A program made the translations under genes and the position numbers. 60,000 bases of DNA from Vicugna vicugna (Eukaryota): contig MU057781.1 in the NCBI GenBank assembly GCA_013265495.1, positions 560,001 to 620,000 of the forward strand, in the 5' to 3' direction. Shown in pieces: positions 47,314 through 60,000 of the stretch; the stretch's first letter is position 1; every line of letters begins with the position of its first letter. The notes beneath the pieces were generated by a model. It made no database searches and was not told the origin of the DNA. It was given only the letters and a program-made list of their open reading frames with translations.

Positions 47314-49757
47314 ATTTAAAAAATAAATAGTCTTCGTGGATGAAATGTCAGGAAGGTGGAACTTTCAAGTTTACAGGAACAGTGTCCGTTTTCTACAAAA
47401 ATCTCATCATGACAGCACTTCACCACTGTAGGTATTTTTTATTGGTAGGTGCACAGCACGCACTGGTTAACCGAGACAGACAGAAGCAGCCTGAAGTTTA
47501 CGGAGCAGGTTCTGAGCAGGTGAGGCCGTATCAACGGCAAGAGGCTCCAGGACCTTCCAGGCAAATTGCAGGTCATGTGACAGCAGCCGGAGTGCGTGGA
47601 CCAGCAGCAGCTCCTGAGCACTGGCCACGCACGCAACTGAAGCCACTGGTCCTCTAGGCCATGCCCTGAACGCCCGTCGGCGTCGGAACGCTAGGGCTCT
47701 GGCAGCCCGCCCGGTGCACGCGGAGCATCACAGCTTTTGCACCTGAACTTCATATTTTCAAAACTCCTGCTGCGGGAGGGAACACCGTGAACTGGCTGTT
47801 GTTAGACGCTACCCTGAGCAAGTGTCCTTTTCCCCTAAAGGGACCTTTCAGGAGTAAGTTGCATCTGAGTCAGGCCAGAGTGGCCCTGCCTCTGCTGGCA
47901 CTGACGGGGCCAGTCCCCTCTGGGCTGCTGTCGGGACCACTTTGTCCCATTGCTCAACGTCTTTTAGCTTTTTCATTTCTAAACTTCAATCAGACACACC
48001 CCCACGCGTAAATGGACACACATGTGCATTTTTTTCTTGCTGCCTCTGACAGAGGACACTCATCACCAACCACTATAGCATCTCCCCTAAGCTATGTTGC
48101 CAAACGCTAGTTCTCAGACGTGCTCCATGAACAGAGGGTCTTCTGAATTCCTCTTCCGGCTGCGGTGGAGTAACTGGTACTGAGCTTGCTCTCCTACCAT
48201 AAAAAAAACCCTCTAAACTGACAGGAGAGAGAGAGACAGGGCAGTAGCTGTCTTCAGGCACTAACCACCGGCTGGAGCAGAACTTGGGGGCCTGGAGAGG
48301 GCAAGACACAGAGGGCGCCCGGCTGGCTCCCTGGCCTCTGGCTGGTTGCTTTTCCACTACAGCCGCGGGGCTGCAGGCCGGAGCCCGGGATCGGGCAGGG
48401 CCGGGTTGAGGGCCACGCAGGGGGAGCCGGAGGCTGGGTGAGGATGCGCCAGGGCCTGGCTGAGAGCAAGGCCGTGCTTCCGCGGGGAGGCTGGCAGACC
48501 CGGCCCGGCTGCAGGATGACGTCGCCCGGATGGATCGGGGTGGCTCAGCAGCCCTGGTCCACAGGCGGAGGGTGGAGAGACTGCTCCGCATCTCCGACTC
48601 ACTGGGACCAACGCCAAGCCCGTCGCCCTGCCCAAGGCCCCTGGGCGGCCTCTGGTGGGGGTGCTCTCCACCCCCTCCCCGTTTCCCGTCGCACTGTTGG
48701 CCTTCTCCACGCTGGTTTGCCAGACTCCTCGCCGTGCTCTGGACCCCGTGCTCTGGAGGTGTGTTTAGACGTCTCTTCTGACCAGGGTTTGCCTTCCACC
48801 CCCTTTGTCCTTTGATTCGTGCACATTCTTACTAAAGCCCCATCCATTGGTTTCCTTTACGGGAAGTGTTTTTTGTGTCCTGTTAAGAAATCTTTGCATC
48901 TTCAGGGCCAGGAAGACCTACGAGGTTTTCCTCTATAGGGTTATCATTTCACCTGTCACGTCTGTATCTGCAGCCCGCTGGAAAGTGGCTTTTGGTCTGT
49001 GGTGGGAGGTAGGCGCCCAGGCGGACCCTGGACCCGTGAACACGCAGCGAGACCAGCACCAGCCAGCCCCTTCCCCTGCCCTCACGTGTCTCTCCATCAC
49101 AGACAGGTGGTGACACCTGTGTCGGTCGGTCTAGCCTGTTCCTTTGACTACGGTCTGTCCACGTCCCAGTCCATGGCCCCTACCCCTGCATCTTTATTTG
49201 AACCCTCAGAGGGTCCTGTAGCTGGCGGAGGGAGCCTCCAGCTCCGTCTCCATCTCCGGCCGCCTCAGTTGTCCTTGGCCCGGCCCTGCCACGAGCTTAG
49301 GACCAGCTGTTGAGATCAGCAAGGCCTTCTGTTGGGGCTCAGAGTCCTGGGGAGCTGTGGCGGTGGTGGCGAGACCCTCCTTCGTGGCGCGTCAGGCTGA
49401 CAGGCGGGGTCCCCGCACACGGCGGGCGGACACACGGGGGCTGCGTCGCAGTCACGCGTGGGACGACACAGCCGGTGTCGGGCTGTTGGTAACCGCAGGT
49501 CTCCCCGCCCCCGCCTGCTCTCCGGTCCGGGCGGACCCCACCAGGTGGGCAGTTCTGGGGCTCCAAACACAGGGAGCAGGAAAGGCTTTAACCCCCGCAC
49601 TCTGACCCCCAGCCCCGCCAGCTCATTCAGAGCTGCGTTCCTAATATGTTTAATCATTTGTCCGAGCGTGTAATGTGTTTGGCTCTTGGAGCCGGTTATG
49701 GAGCCGTAATAATTGCAGTGATGACTCAGCCTGGAAGACATGTTCATAACCTCAGCG
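47314..49757 (-). pseudogene. Upstream minus-strand exon relics
   Basis: 49757-49607 is open (...YTLGQMIKHIRNAALNELAGLG). ~48217-48020 follows a (CT)n acceptor. 47769-47314 includes the open stretch AQELLLVHALRLLSHDLQFAWKVLEPLAVDTASPAQNLLRKLQAAS flanked by stops. Confidence 0.45.
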
Positions 49758-50194
49758 CTGAAGGTCGCAGTAAAAAAGTTTAAATTTCCGTTTGTGTACG
49801 TTCTCTTGTGCTGTGAGGATGTGACACAGTGATCAGTTAAAGGCCTTCGAGCCAAAAACAACAAAGTATTCCATTAGGGGCCATATAACTACATTTTTCT
49901 CTTCTTTTTGAAAAGCTACCAAAATGTAAAGATTCTAGTAAAGAAGAGGCTGTGGGCATGTTTTAAAGTCGCTGTTCTATTTTAGGTCATCTTTGTTGCT
50001 GTGTTGCAGGTTCACCGACCTGTCCTTTTGCAGTGCACCGCCCTGCTGTCCACACCGCCCGCTGCATTTCTTCCCTCAGACGCTGTGTTTTCATCTCCGT
50101 GTTATTGCTTTGGACTTTAGATTTACTCCACGTCTCTTCTTAACCTGCTGCTGTTTCTTTTACCTTCTTTTCCGTTCTTTTCTCCCCATCTTTC

Positions 50195-50822
50195 AAAATA
50201 AGTGTAGTTGACAATGTTGTGTCAGTTTCTGGTGCATAGCGTCATGTTCCAGCCACACATACACATGCGTGTGTTCCTTTTCATGATAGGTTACTACTGT
50301 GCTGGACAGTAGAAACTTTGTCTATTTTATATACAGTACTCAGTATCTGCAAATCTTAAACTCCTAATTTATCCCTTCCCACCCCCTTTCCCCCTGGGGA
50401 ACCAAAAGTTTGTTTTCTATGTCTGTGAGTTTCTTTGTGTTTTGTAAATAAGTTCATATGTATCATTTTTTAGATTCCATATATAAGCACTATCATATGA
50501 TATTTTTCTTTCTCTTTCTGGATTACTTCACTTAGAATGATGATCTCCAGGCCCATTCATGTTACTGCAAATAGCATTATTTCATTCTTTTTTATGACTG
50601 AGTAGTATTCCATTGTATAAATATACCACGTCTTCTTTATCCAGTCATCTGTTGATGGACACTTAGGTTGCTTCCATGCCTTGGCTGTTCTAAATAGTGC
50701 TGTTGTGAACATTGGGGTGCATGTATCTTTTTGAATTAGAGTTTCCTCTGGATACATGCCCAGGAGTGGGATTGCTGGATCATAGGGTAAGTCTATTTTT
50801 AGTTTTCTGAAGAATCTCCGTA
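50195..50822 (-). mobile_element. 5'-truncated L1 (ORF2 end and 3' UTR)
   Basis: Translation KDTCTPMFTTALFRTAKAWKQPKCPSTDDWIKKTWYIYTMEYYSVIKKNEI. Confidence 0.9.
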
Positions 50823-51889
50823 CTCCTGTACCTTTTTCATCACGTGGGTTTTCTCAGTCCTGGCTGTCTTAACATCCTGGTCTACGAATTCTCGCATCTG
50901 CTTCACATCTGCATGTCTTTCTGCTGTTTCTCCCTCTTGTCAGGAGTCCTGTTCCCCCACTTCTCTACGTGCCTAGTGCCTAGTGCCTAGTGATTTTTGG
51001 TTGGACGCCAGACACAATGACTTTACATCGTTGGGGCTGGGTGTTCTGTAGCCCTTTAGATATTTTTGAGTGTCGTTCTGGGCACAGTTGAGTCTTTTGG
51101 GAAGAGTTTGATCCTTACGAGGCTTTCTTTTCAGCTTTCCGAGTCAGAAACAGGACAGCTTTGGTCCAGGCTCATTTGGCTCCCTCCTGGGGGGCGGGGG
51201 CGCCCTCTGGGGTCTCTCCTGGCTGCCTCAGGATCACAGCCATGTTGTGCCGTCTGCGGCGGGGGGAGCAGGCCTGGAGCACGTGTTATCAGGAGGCAGC
51301 ATTGTGTCCTTGGGGGACACGCTCCCGCTGGACCCCAGTCTCCTCATCGGAAGAACCCAGGTTTGGCTGGCGGTGCTGAGTCTCCTGCGCTGGAAATCTG
51401 GTGGTGACACGCCTGTGTTTGTAAGTGGCGGTTGGCTGGATGCCTGGTTTGGTAGAAGCAGACCTGTGTCTAAACCCAGTCCTGTTACTTTCAAAACTTG
51501 CACTGCCGCCTGGAAAACATCTTCAGCACTCGGTGGTTCACGTGATGAAGTCATTGCCGCTGCCCCTTCCCGTGGCTCAGAAGACTCGTCCAGGTGTTCG
51601 TGCAGCGTTAAGCCCCCTCCCCGACTGAATGAGACAAACTCAGAGCCGCACAGAAAGTGGCTTCTGCAGAACACGTTTTCCCTGAGAGAGTCATTCACTC
51701 AAGGATGGGAGGTGGGGACCCTTTCCTCAAGCAGGTGGGCGGTTTTCACACTCATTTAATAGAATCTCTGTCTTTTATCCCGAGACGTGAGCTGGCAGAT
51801 GTTAAATCCTGCTTGTGATTTAAATTATAACTGAAATAATAGTGAAGACAAGTCTAAGGTTTTTTTTTCCTTTGATCAAAAAGGTGGGG

Positions 51890-53075
51890 CAGGACTTCTG
51901 CCTCCAGGAAGACAGAGTAGATGGACTTGTGCCCCCTCCTGCCAGGAGTGCAGTAGAAGCTCTGGACATTGGGTCTAAAGCAAACAGAAGATGACTGGAA
52001 GGTGAGGTGAAGAAGGCAGCCCCGGGGGCCTCAGACCCAAGAAGACACAGCAGTGAGTCTTTGAGTTTTCTTCTGGCCTCGTGCATCCTGGAGTCAGAGC
52101 TGAAGAAGCCAGCGAGTCAGGAGCACCCACGGACACAGACGGAAACAGCCCCGGGAAAGCTGCTCTCTCTGGCCAAAGGGCGGGACGGCTGAGAACAGCC
52201 CAGCGGTGCGCGTTTTGCTGAAGAGGATGCACCCACGGCACACGAGCACGTGAGAAGACGTTACCGTTAGCGTTTGGGAAATGCAGATTAAACCCCAGTG
52301 AGGTGCCGCCCATCAGAGAGGCCAAAATAGAAAGCAGCAGCCACACCAAGTGCTGGCAAGGATGCAAAGACACCAGCGCCCCTATACGTCGGTGGCGGGA
52401 ATGGAAAATGGGGCGGCCCCTCTGGAGAGCAGTTTGAAGTTTCTTAAATAACTAAACATTTGACTGTATGTGACCCAGAAACTGCACTTCTAGGCATTTG
52501 CATCAGAGAAATGAAGACGTACGTTCACACAAAAACCTGTACGTGGGTGTTTGTAGCAGCATTATTTGAAATAACCCAAACCTGGAAACAACCCAGGTGT
52601 CCTTCCATGGTCGGGCGGGTAAGCAGCTGTGATGCGCCGGCGCCGGGGAGCATCACGCAGCAGTGAACGGGATCGAACGTGAGCGGGTCATGCGCCCCTC
52701 GGATGGATCTCCAGAATTACACTGAGTGAAAAGCTGATTCCAAAAGGGCACACCCTATACGATCTCATTTGTCTAACAGTCTTGAAGTGACAAAATTATA
52801 CAAACAGAGCAGATTTGTGGTTGCCAGGAGTTGAGGAGGGTATAAAGGTGATGGGGGGGTGGTTAAAAGGCAGCGGGGGGACCCTCCTGGAGAGGGGGCT
52901 GTTCTGTCCTCCCACAGTTCCCAGGTCAGCGTCCTGGTTGGGGTTCCACTCTGCAGCTTCTCAAGATGCTTCCAGGGTGGGAACCCCCGTTGGAGGAACC
53001 TGGGATCTCTTGGTATTATTTCATCCGGCTGCACGTGAAGCTGCAGCGATCTCAGACTAGAAGGTTCATTTAAAA
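51890..53075 (+). mobile_element. L1MC-like element with the 5' end joined directly to the 3' end
   Basis: ggacttctgcctccaggaagacagagtag... resembles an L1MC 5' end; from ~52195 the sequence is ORF2 C-terminus (MKTYVHTKTCTWVFVAALF..TWKQPRCPS) and 3' UTR. Confidence 0.7.
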
Positions 53076-53292
53076 GTAAGTCATGGCACCTCCTGGAAAG
53101 CTGAGCGTTTTAGCTCATTCGCGGGTGAGTCAGGACTGCAGCTGGAGTCACACGCCTGTCCTTTCAACGAAAGGAGAAACGCGTTGGTTTCGGTTGGGCA
53201 GACTCGCAGTGATAACGCACTGTGTCGTTTAGAGATAAAAGCACGTGTGTGTTGGCATCGAGGCTGAGGTCTTGCGGACGACACCGAATCAC

Positions 53293-53448
53293 TTTTTAAA
53301 TTTTTAAAATATACTTTGGGGGGGAGGTAATTAGGTTTATTTTATTTTTATTTTTATTAGGTTAGTTATTTAATGGAGGTCCTGGGTGTTGAACCCAGGA
53401 CCTTGTGCCAGCTGAGCACGCACTCCACCCCGAGCTCTGTGCACCCCT
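53293..53448 (-). mobile_element. Vic-1-like SINE
   Basis: gggggaggtaattaggtttat...gttgaacccaggacc...; flanking tcacttt duplication. Confidence 0.85.
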
Positions 53449-53453
53449 GTCAC

Positions 53454-55454
53454 TTTCTGAGGACCGCGGGTGTCGCTGTGAGAATGACAGTGTCCCCATC
53501 GGGACTTCTGTATTGCCCGTCTCCAGTGGTTTCTAGACAGTGTCAGGAGCGCGCCCGCCTCTCCCAGCAGGGAGTGCTTCTGAAGCCAGTGAGGTGCTCC
53601 TTTCTGTGAATTTGCCAGAAGACAGCGTTTCAGAACCGAGATGTTCCTGAAGTCGGGTGCCGTCCAACTGGGAGACAGGAATAGGGGGCACATATCTTAG
53701 CACAACACTGGGCCCAGGCTGTGACTTCAAGGTCGGGGAGGAGCCCCCAGCCCGGCCCCCAGGCCCAGGCCCACTGCAGGGGCTCTGGCCGTTTCTCTTC
53801 TTCCCTGTGGGTCCAGGCGATGCGTCGGCCCAAGGAATCTGCAACAAGGCTGCTCGAGTCGAAGGCTTGCCGAGGAGCCTCGCTTTGGAGGGGGCGCTGT
53901 GTGTGGCCGCCTCTCTGGGCCTTTTGCTGACCCGAGCTGCTGCGCCCCCGTGGGGTCCGAGCGGGGACAGCAGAGGCCGCTCAGGGGTTTTCTCAGGGGC
54001 AGTGGCTCTGGGTGGGGGAGGAGGGGCTGCTCCTGCGTCAGCTCGGAGCTGGGGCTCTGCCTCCTGTTCTGACCTCAGGACGAGAGACAGCGCCTGGGCG
54101 CTCGGGCGCGGAACCAAGGGTGTCCGTGACGTTGCTCGGCTCCCGGGGCCCCATCCTGCAGGCACGGCGCTCTGTGGCCGGCGTGGCTGACCTGAGGCTG
54201 CTCCTGTCCCCGGTCCCCACGAAGCTTCCACACGGCAGCCCAGTATGCGCCCCTCAGACTCTTCATCTCTGCCGCTGGCTTCTAGAAGACACGTCCTTCT
54301 CCTCGGCCCCACCTCAGCCCCGTCAGGCCCGCCCCCGCCCCCGGCTCAGTGCAGCTCTCCTCCAGCAAGGGCGCCGCAGCCCAGGACGTGATCCACGTTT
54401 GCCGCTCGGGGTCCGGAGTCCTGGGCACAAGCCAGTCGAAGCCCCTGGCACTGCCAAGGTGGGTGCTCTGCGGCCCTGGATGAGACCTCGCCACTCCCAA
54501 GCCTCTGTCTCTCCTGAGGCCGGCCCCTTCTGTCTCCAGGGTGACAGGAAGGATGGGGGCGCGTGTGTTCCCTGCACAGCGTCTGAGAGACTGGACGTGA
54601 TCCCTGCAGCTGGCGCTTTACCAGATGTGGGGGTGTGTGCGGCAAAGCCTGGGGTGCAGAGAAGCACATAAAGCAGACCGGGAGACCCCGGAGCATACCC
54701 GACGGTCACCTACTTGATGCCTGACTCCTCTAGCGTTGGCAGTGGCGTCGGGGGCAGTATGGTGGCTCCACCTACCGAAGCGCATCGTCCAAAGGCTCCA
54801 AGCTGCTGTGTCTACTCCAGATGGGGTGGGGTGAGGGGTGGGGGTCCCCTGTGCCTCTCCCCATGTGGCAACCCGTCCAGCACCCCTGGAGGACGAGCAC
54901 GGCCTGGGCAGGAGGAGGGGCCCCTGGAATCCTGCCCGGGTCTGGGCGAGCGGGACCCACCCCGGGCTCTCACTGGGCTCTGAGGAGAGTTACGCTGTTC
55001 ACACTCGTTTCCACGAATAACACACTTACCGTGTTTGTCCCCAAATTGATGTTGGAGAAAACAATTCACTCTGCCTTCAGGGAGACGCCGGGCTAGTCTG
55101 AAGACTGTTGCTGTCTCGGAAGCTCTCAGAGCAGGGAGGCCAGTGCCAGGGTGGAGGCGGCTCGGCCCCCAGGGTCAGTGGTGGCAGGCAGGGTTCAGAA
55201 CCGGCCAGAGCTGGCGCCGTCCTTGTTCAGCCTGTGGGAGGGAGTCAGTGTGGACTGTGTTTGGACCGAGACAGAGGCCGGTGGGCGGTGCAGAGGCCCG
55301 GCCGGGGGCGTGGTGGGGGCGGGGAGGGCCCACTCTGCTGCCGTGCAGCGTGGGGCACCCCCTGGTGCCTCCCTCTACCTGACCCTGCCCTCAGTCACCT
55401 CTGAGACGGCTGGTGATGCCGCCTGTCTATCCAGGAAAGGCCTGCAGAGTTTCA
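53454..55454 (-). pseudogene. Most 5' candidate minus-strand exon relics
   Basis: 55454-55399 (long T-rich acceptor, KLCRPFLDRQAASPAVSE|GTGACT); a block ending at 55030 with donor ACG|GTAAGT; 53667-53454 (acceptor cctattcctgtctcccag, LDGTRLQEHLGSETLSSGKFTERS...). Confidence 0.35.
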
Positions 55455-56649
55455 CTTTAAAATAAGCAAAAAGTAACAAGGAAACATCGCGTAAACAGTA
55501 GTTGTGGTGCAGCCCAGCTGGCGTGTCGTGCAGGTGCTCAGGAGTTCACCGCCATCCACAGAAGGACCCTTGGGCAGGAGGATGGGGCCAGGTGGCGTCT
55601 TGGAAATGGTGGCTTGGGAGGCAGCTCTGCAGAACAGACTGGAGAGGGTCCCAAGGGGATGTAGGGAGGACCGTCAGGAGGCTGGGGCCCCACGTGGTCC
55701 AGGGGAGACACCGTGAGACCGAGCCTGGGGACACTGTGGGGCAGGGGTGGGCCAGGTCCCTGCTCACAGAGGCCAAGGGCTGGCACGGCCAAGCCCCTGA
55801 CCCAGAGCTCCTGGCCAGGGGGTCCCAGTGGTCCTGCAGGGCCTCCCAGACCAGGCCATGAAGAGCCTCACTAGGTGCACGGGACCTGCCATCCAACTCG
55901 GGCACAGGATGTCTAAAGCCAGGAGGGAGGCCTTGGTGGATGGGACAGTCTTGAATCTCTTTGTACAGGTGAGGAAATGGAGGCACGGGGCTTCCTAGGT
56001 AGTCAGTGGGGAGCAGGACTCAGCCCAGCCTCCGCCTTTTCATCCAGGCGAAGTCAGTGGACATACCCACTTCCCATACTTGGTGCCGGGCACTGGGGCC
56101 TGTGAGGAACACAGGGCAGCCCCAGGCCTGGAGCCACGGGATTCAGGCATCACAGCACTGGGTGATAGATGAGCTTGGCCAGGGGGCCAGGGGCTGGCCC
56201 GTGGGGTGGTCTAGAGGGTATGCTCGCCGCTGAGCCAGCTCAGGCACGCGGGCCGAGGGTGAAGCTCCTGGGCCCCATGGAGGCATCCAGGGCCCCGCCT
56301 CAGCGTCTCCTGTGTCCAAGAAGCTTGAGTTTCATGCCCACTGCTGCGGTCAGGCTGCGTGGGATTCAAGCCTCACAGTGGGGCCCCCGTGTTTTAGTCC
56401 AAAGGGGCAAAGAACAGACACTGAGTGCTGGTCACCTGGAGGTGGGGACATGGTCTTGTGTGGGGGTTCCCATCAGGGGTGCTGTGTGGAGGGCGGACGG
56501 CCCTGCGGTCTGGAGCTGTGAGCTGCCGGCAGTGGGGCCAGTGGGCAGTGGGGCCGGCACCCTCACGCCCCTGCCCGCCCCACATGCGGCCCGAGCTCAG
56601 GCCGAGGCCAGCCGGGCGTTGCCTGCTCACCAGGTGTGTTTCCCTCCAG

Positions 56650-56909
<260 letters not shown>

Positions 56910-56910
56910 C

Positions 56911-56964
56911 NNNNNNNNNNNNNNNNNNNNNNNNNNNNNNNNNNNNNNNNNNNNNNNNNNNNNN
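56911..56964. other. Assembly gap (54 N) in a C-rich tract
   Basis: Run of N flanked by poly-C-rich sequence. Confidence 0.99.
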
Positions 56965-57299
56965 GCCCTACACTCCCCCTCCCCCTCCCACCCCTGCCAC
57001 TATGTCCTCTCCTCCCCCTCCAGTCCCCCCAACCCCCATACAGCAACCAGGAGGTGCATGGGTCTTGGGAAGAGGATGCAAAGAAGAGAGGATCTGGGGA
57101 GAGGGTGGCAGGGGGAGACGTGAAAGCGCAGAGCAGGCATCTCCCCCAGAGGGTCCGAGAGGTCCTGGGCCGTGGACTGCGACTGTAACCCACCCCCAGC
57201 CTTGCGCTCCTGGGAGGCCTGGTGGGGGAGGGAAGCGGGGCACGTGGGGCCAGCTTCTTCATCAGAGTTCCGCCTCCTCCTGGCTGAATCACAGGAAAA

Positions 57300-57492
57300 G
57301 TGATGTTTCGTGACGCACTATGCTTACGTGGAACTCAGGTTTCAGTGTCAGTGAAGGCGTTGTTGGGACCCAGCCCCATCCGTCCATTTGCACGTTGTCT
57401 GCGGCTTAGATACAGCAGCACCATCTGAGCCTCGCGGCACGGAATACTGACCACCTGGCCCTTCACAGAAAAAGCGGGCGGGCCCGTCCTGG
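57300..57492. mobile_element. MER58-like hAT DNA transposon
   Basis: tttcagtgtc...ccatttgcacgttgtctgcggct...ctggcccttcacagaaaaag. Confidence 0.65.
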
Positions 57493-59609
57493 TCACTTCC
57501 CTCCCGCCTTAGGTCCCCTGCTCTGTAAAAGGGACAGAAACAGGGCCTCCAGCATGGATACTAGAAAGCGATCACGTGGCTGCTCCCGTGGCCAGGCCGC
57601 CTCCGTAGGCCTGCTGGGGGCCCACGGGGAGGACCCGGGGAGTCAATGCCAGCGCCTGCTCTGTGCCAGGCGGTCAGAGTCAGCAAAGAAGCCCAAGGGG
57701 CCCGGACGCGCTGTGTGGCTGGAGCACTGGGTGAAGGCACAGCCTTCAGTGGCCTGGGATGGAGAGCTGTCCCCAGACAACGAGATCGTCCGTCTGGCAC
57801 ACGCAGGGTGGCATCCGGCACTCCGAGCGTCCTGTGCAGACCAGACTGTAGATGCTTCATGGCCAGGCCTCCGACATCACCCAGCCCTCCCTCTCCCCCG
57901 TTCGCGGATGGAAGAGAAGACCTAGCTTGTTAAGAACTCAATGATAACGAAGCCTTTTGTTTTATTGGGCAAAAATGTAACAGCAATTATTTTTTCAACA
58001 CAGAGAAATACCACGAGGTGGAAATCACTAAGCAATAGTGCTTTGCCTGACTCTCCAGAATCTGCCCACTGACCGCAGATTCGCGTGCAGCCTTGTCCCA
58101 GCCCTTCCAGTCTGCGGCCGCCCAGGGGCGTGTGCCGGCCCCTCGCTGCTCAGCCGGCCACGCCTGGCCAGGTCGCAGCTCGTGGCCCTCCTGGTGCCAA
58201 GCAGGAGCCCTGGGGCTGGCTCTGCGGCCCTGGTATTTATACAAGGTGTACCCACTATTTTTAGAAAAGATGATGTAACCTCTTGATACAGAATTCCGAA
58301 GGAAGAGAAGGAAAGGCCTGGCGCTGACCTCCCTTCTCCGAGTCCATGCCCCAGGCGCCTCCCAGAGGGGTTCGAGTCACAGTTCCGTGAACGCACCTGT
58401 GCGAGTCTCTTCTTAAAGCATCAGTGACACCCGCGGTTCTGCCAATCCCCTTTCCTTGTCACCTTCACCGAGCGCCGTGGGGACTGAGCTCCCGTGGATG
58501 CCTTCGCCCCCTCACACGGCAGCCCCGCGGAGAACATGCCTGTCTGCGTGTCCTGGACCACACGTGCAAGCGCGTGTGACTGCGGGGTGTTGGCGATCAC
58601 ACCGGGGCCTGCTGAGAGTGCAGGCTGGGCTGGGGGTGTTTTAGCTGCTGCACAGCTGCCCGGAAGGTGGCTGCTTGGGGCATTGCTGCTCAGAGCCCCC
58701 TCCTCCCCGGCCGAGCCGCCAGGTTCCTCGGTCCCCATCACCACATCCCCCGGGGCGCGCAGGGAGCTGGGAGCAGCCCTCTGGTTTCCTTCACAGTGCA
58801 GGGTGTACGTGGTGTGGAGACGGCCCCGCCATGTTTCTCTTTTCTGTTCTTCCTGCGTTTTCCTTTTTTCCCCTACAGTCAGTTCAGTAAATAAGAGGCG
58901 CCCGCGTTAACCTAGGCATCTTCCCTGGGACGATGTCTCCTGGCTGAGGCCGCAAGCAGGCTACACGCAGGACTCAGGAGATGTCCGGGGCTCTGCCCGC
59001 TCAGCCCAGAGGTGGACACTTCACCCCAAACGCATGGGGGGTGGGTGGTCTGCCGCAACTCCACACAGTGCCGCAGGACCAGGCCCCCACCGCGGGCTGA
59101 CCCAGCGGCTCTGTTAGGGGCAGGCAGGAGTGTCCATCAGAAACACACTGGAACGTTCGGTGATGCCCCAGGGTCAGGCTGGCGTCTGTTTTGACCTGGC
59201 AGAGAGGCACGCTGGGCCCCACAGGATGCGACCCAGTTCTGGGCAGATGTGAGTGGTGCAGGGCACCCTCGACCTTCTTAGAGCTTTACTGTATGTTCCG
59301 AAAACAACCTGGCCGTAACTGTCCCACTCACGTGTGTCAGAGCCCTGCGGGGGCACACAGCAGCCAGGCTCCACAGCCCACCGTGTGCATGTGAACGTGC
59401 ACATGCCCGCGCGTGAGGACAGGTGCACATGTGTGTGTGTGGGTGTGGGGGGCGTGGGGGTGTCTGGGGTGATCACAGGACTAACGGGCCTGGCCCCGCA
59501 TTCCTCGGGCCCCTGCAGCGCCTCCCAGCTCTCCAGAACCTCGTGTCAGACCCCAGGGGCGAGGCACGGCGACCTCCTCCTTGGCCTCGCCTCAGACTCA
59601 CCCGGAGAG

Positions 59610-59743
59610 CAAGAGGTTTAAAAAGAGTCCCAAGGCCCCCGCCCATGGCAATGCGTCGTCATGTTGAGGTGTGTGGGACGCAGGCACCCATGTTTCTTAA
59701 AGCTTCCCCGGGTGCCGACGTGCAGCCAGGGTGAGAACCACTG
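59610..59743. mobile_element. MER5-like DNA transposon relic
   Basis: Ends aagcttccccgggtg...gcagccagggtgagaaccactg. Confidence 0.6.
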
Positions 59744-60000
59744 GCCCGAAGGGTCTTTGCCCAGAAAAGTCACTCCCTTCATCAGAGATTGTGGGTCAGT
59801 TGCCATAAGCAGTGTTTGGTGAGAGCTTCGGGGTTTGGAGGAGAGGCTGTTGATACACGTGCAGGATTGTGAGCAGACAGGGTTCCACGGGGAGGGTGTG
59901 CTGAGTGACAAGAAACCACCCCTCCCCCACCCTCTCCACTTTCCAAAGCGAATCGGCCTCAGTCCCCACCTCACCTGAAAGGGAAGCAGACACGTCGGTC

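Noticed and set aside
45843..50992. Short tandem duplications (24-bp x2 at ~45843, 7-bp x3 at ~50970) as an array system
   Set aside because: Two or three adjacent copies without spacers are ordinary slippage; there is no CRISPR-like structure in this eukaryotic DNA.

Overview
Mammalian genomic DNA, almost certainly camelid (Vicugna/Lama/Camelus), judged from Vic-1-type tRNA-derived SINEs and artiodactyl-type L1 3' ends. The segment is GC-rich and corresponds to the JAKMIP3 locus. The only intact, recognisable coding sequence is the first coding exon of JAKMIP3 (+, 56736-56870). A CpG-island promoter at ~9.05-9.9 kb is probably its upstream start, and a near-consensus REST/RE1 site lies at 20041. 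About half the window is interspersed repeat: L1s, SINEs, MaLR LTRs, an ERVL RNase H relic, and a decayed class I ERV with LTR/PPT/env/gag remnants at 26.2-30.6 kb. Many older repeats are strongly shifted towards GC/CpG. The main unexplained signal is on the MINUS strand. Almost every repeat-free island from ~4.7 to ~55.5 kb carries exon-like blocks with AG/GT boundaries, short introns (mostly 80-170 nt in the dense clusters) and largely compatible splice phases. They translate into protein-like, partly helical/coiled-coil sequence broken by stops and frameshifts. I read this as a large unnamed dead gene (unitary pseudogene, 25 or more exon relics) antisense to JAKMIP3. I could not identify the protein family, and exon limits were read by eye.
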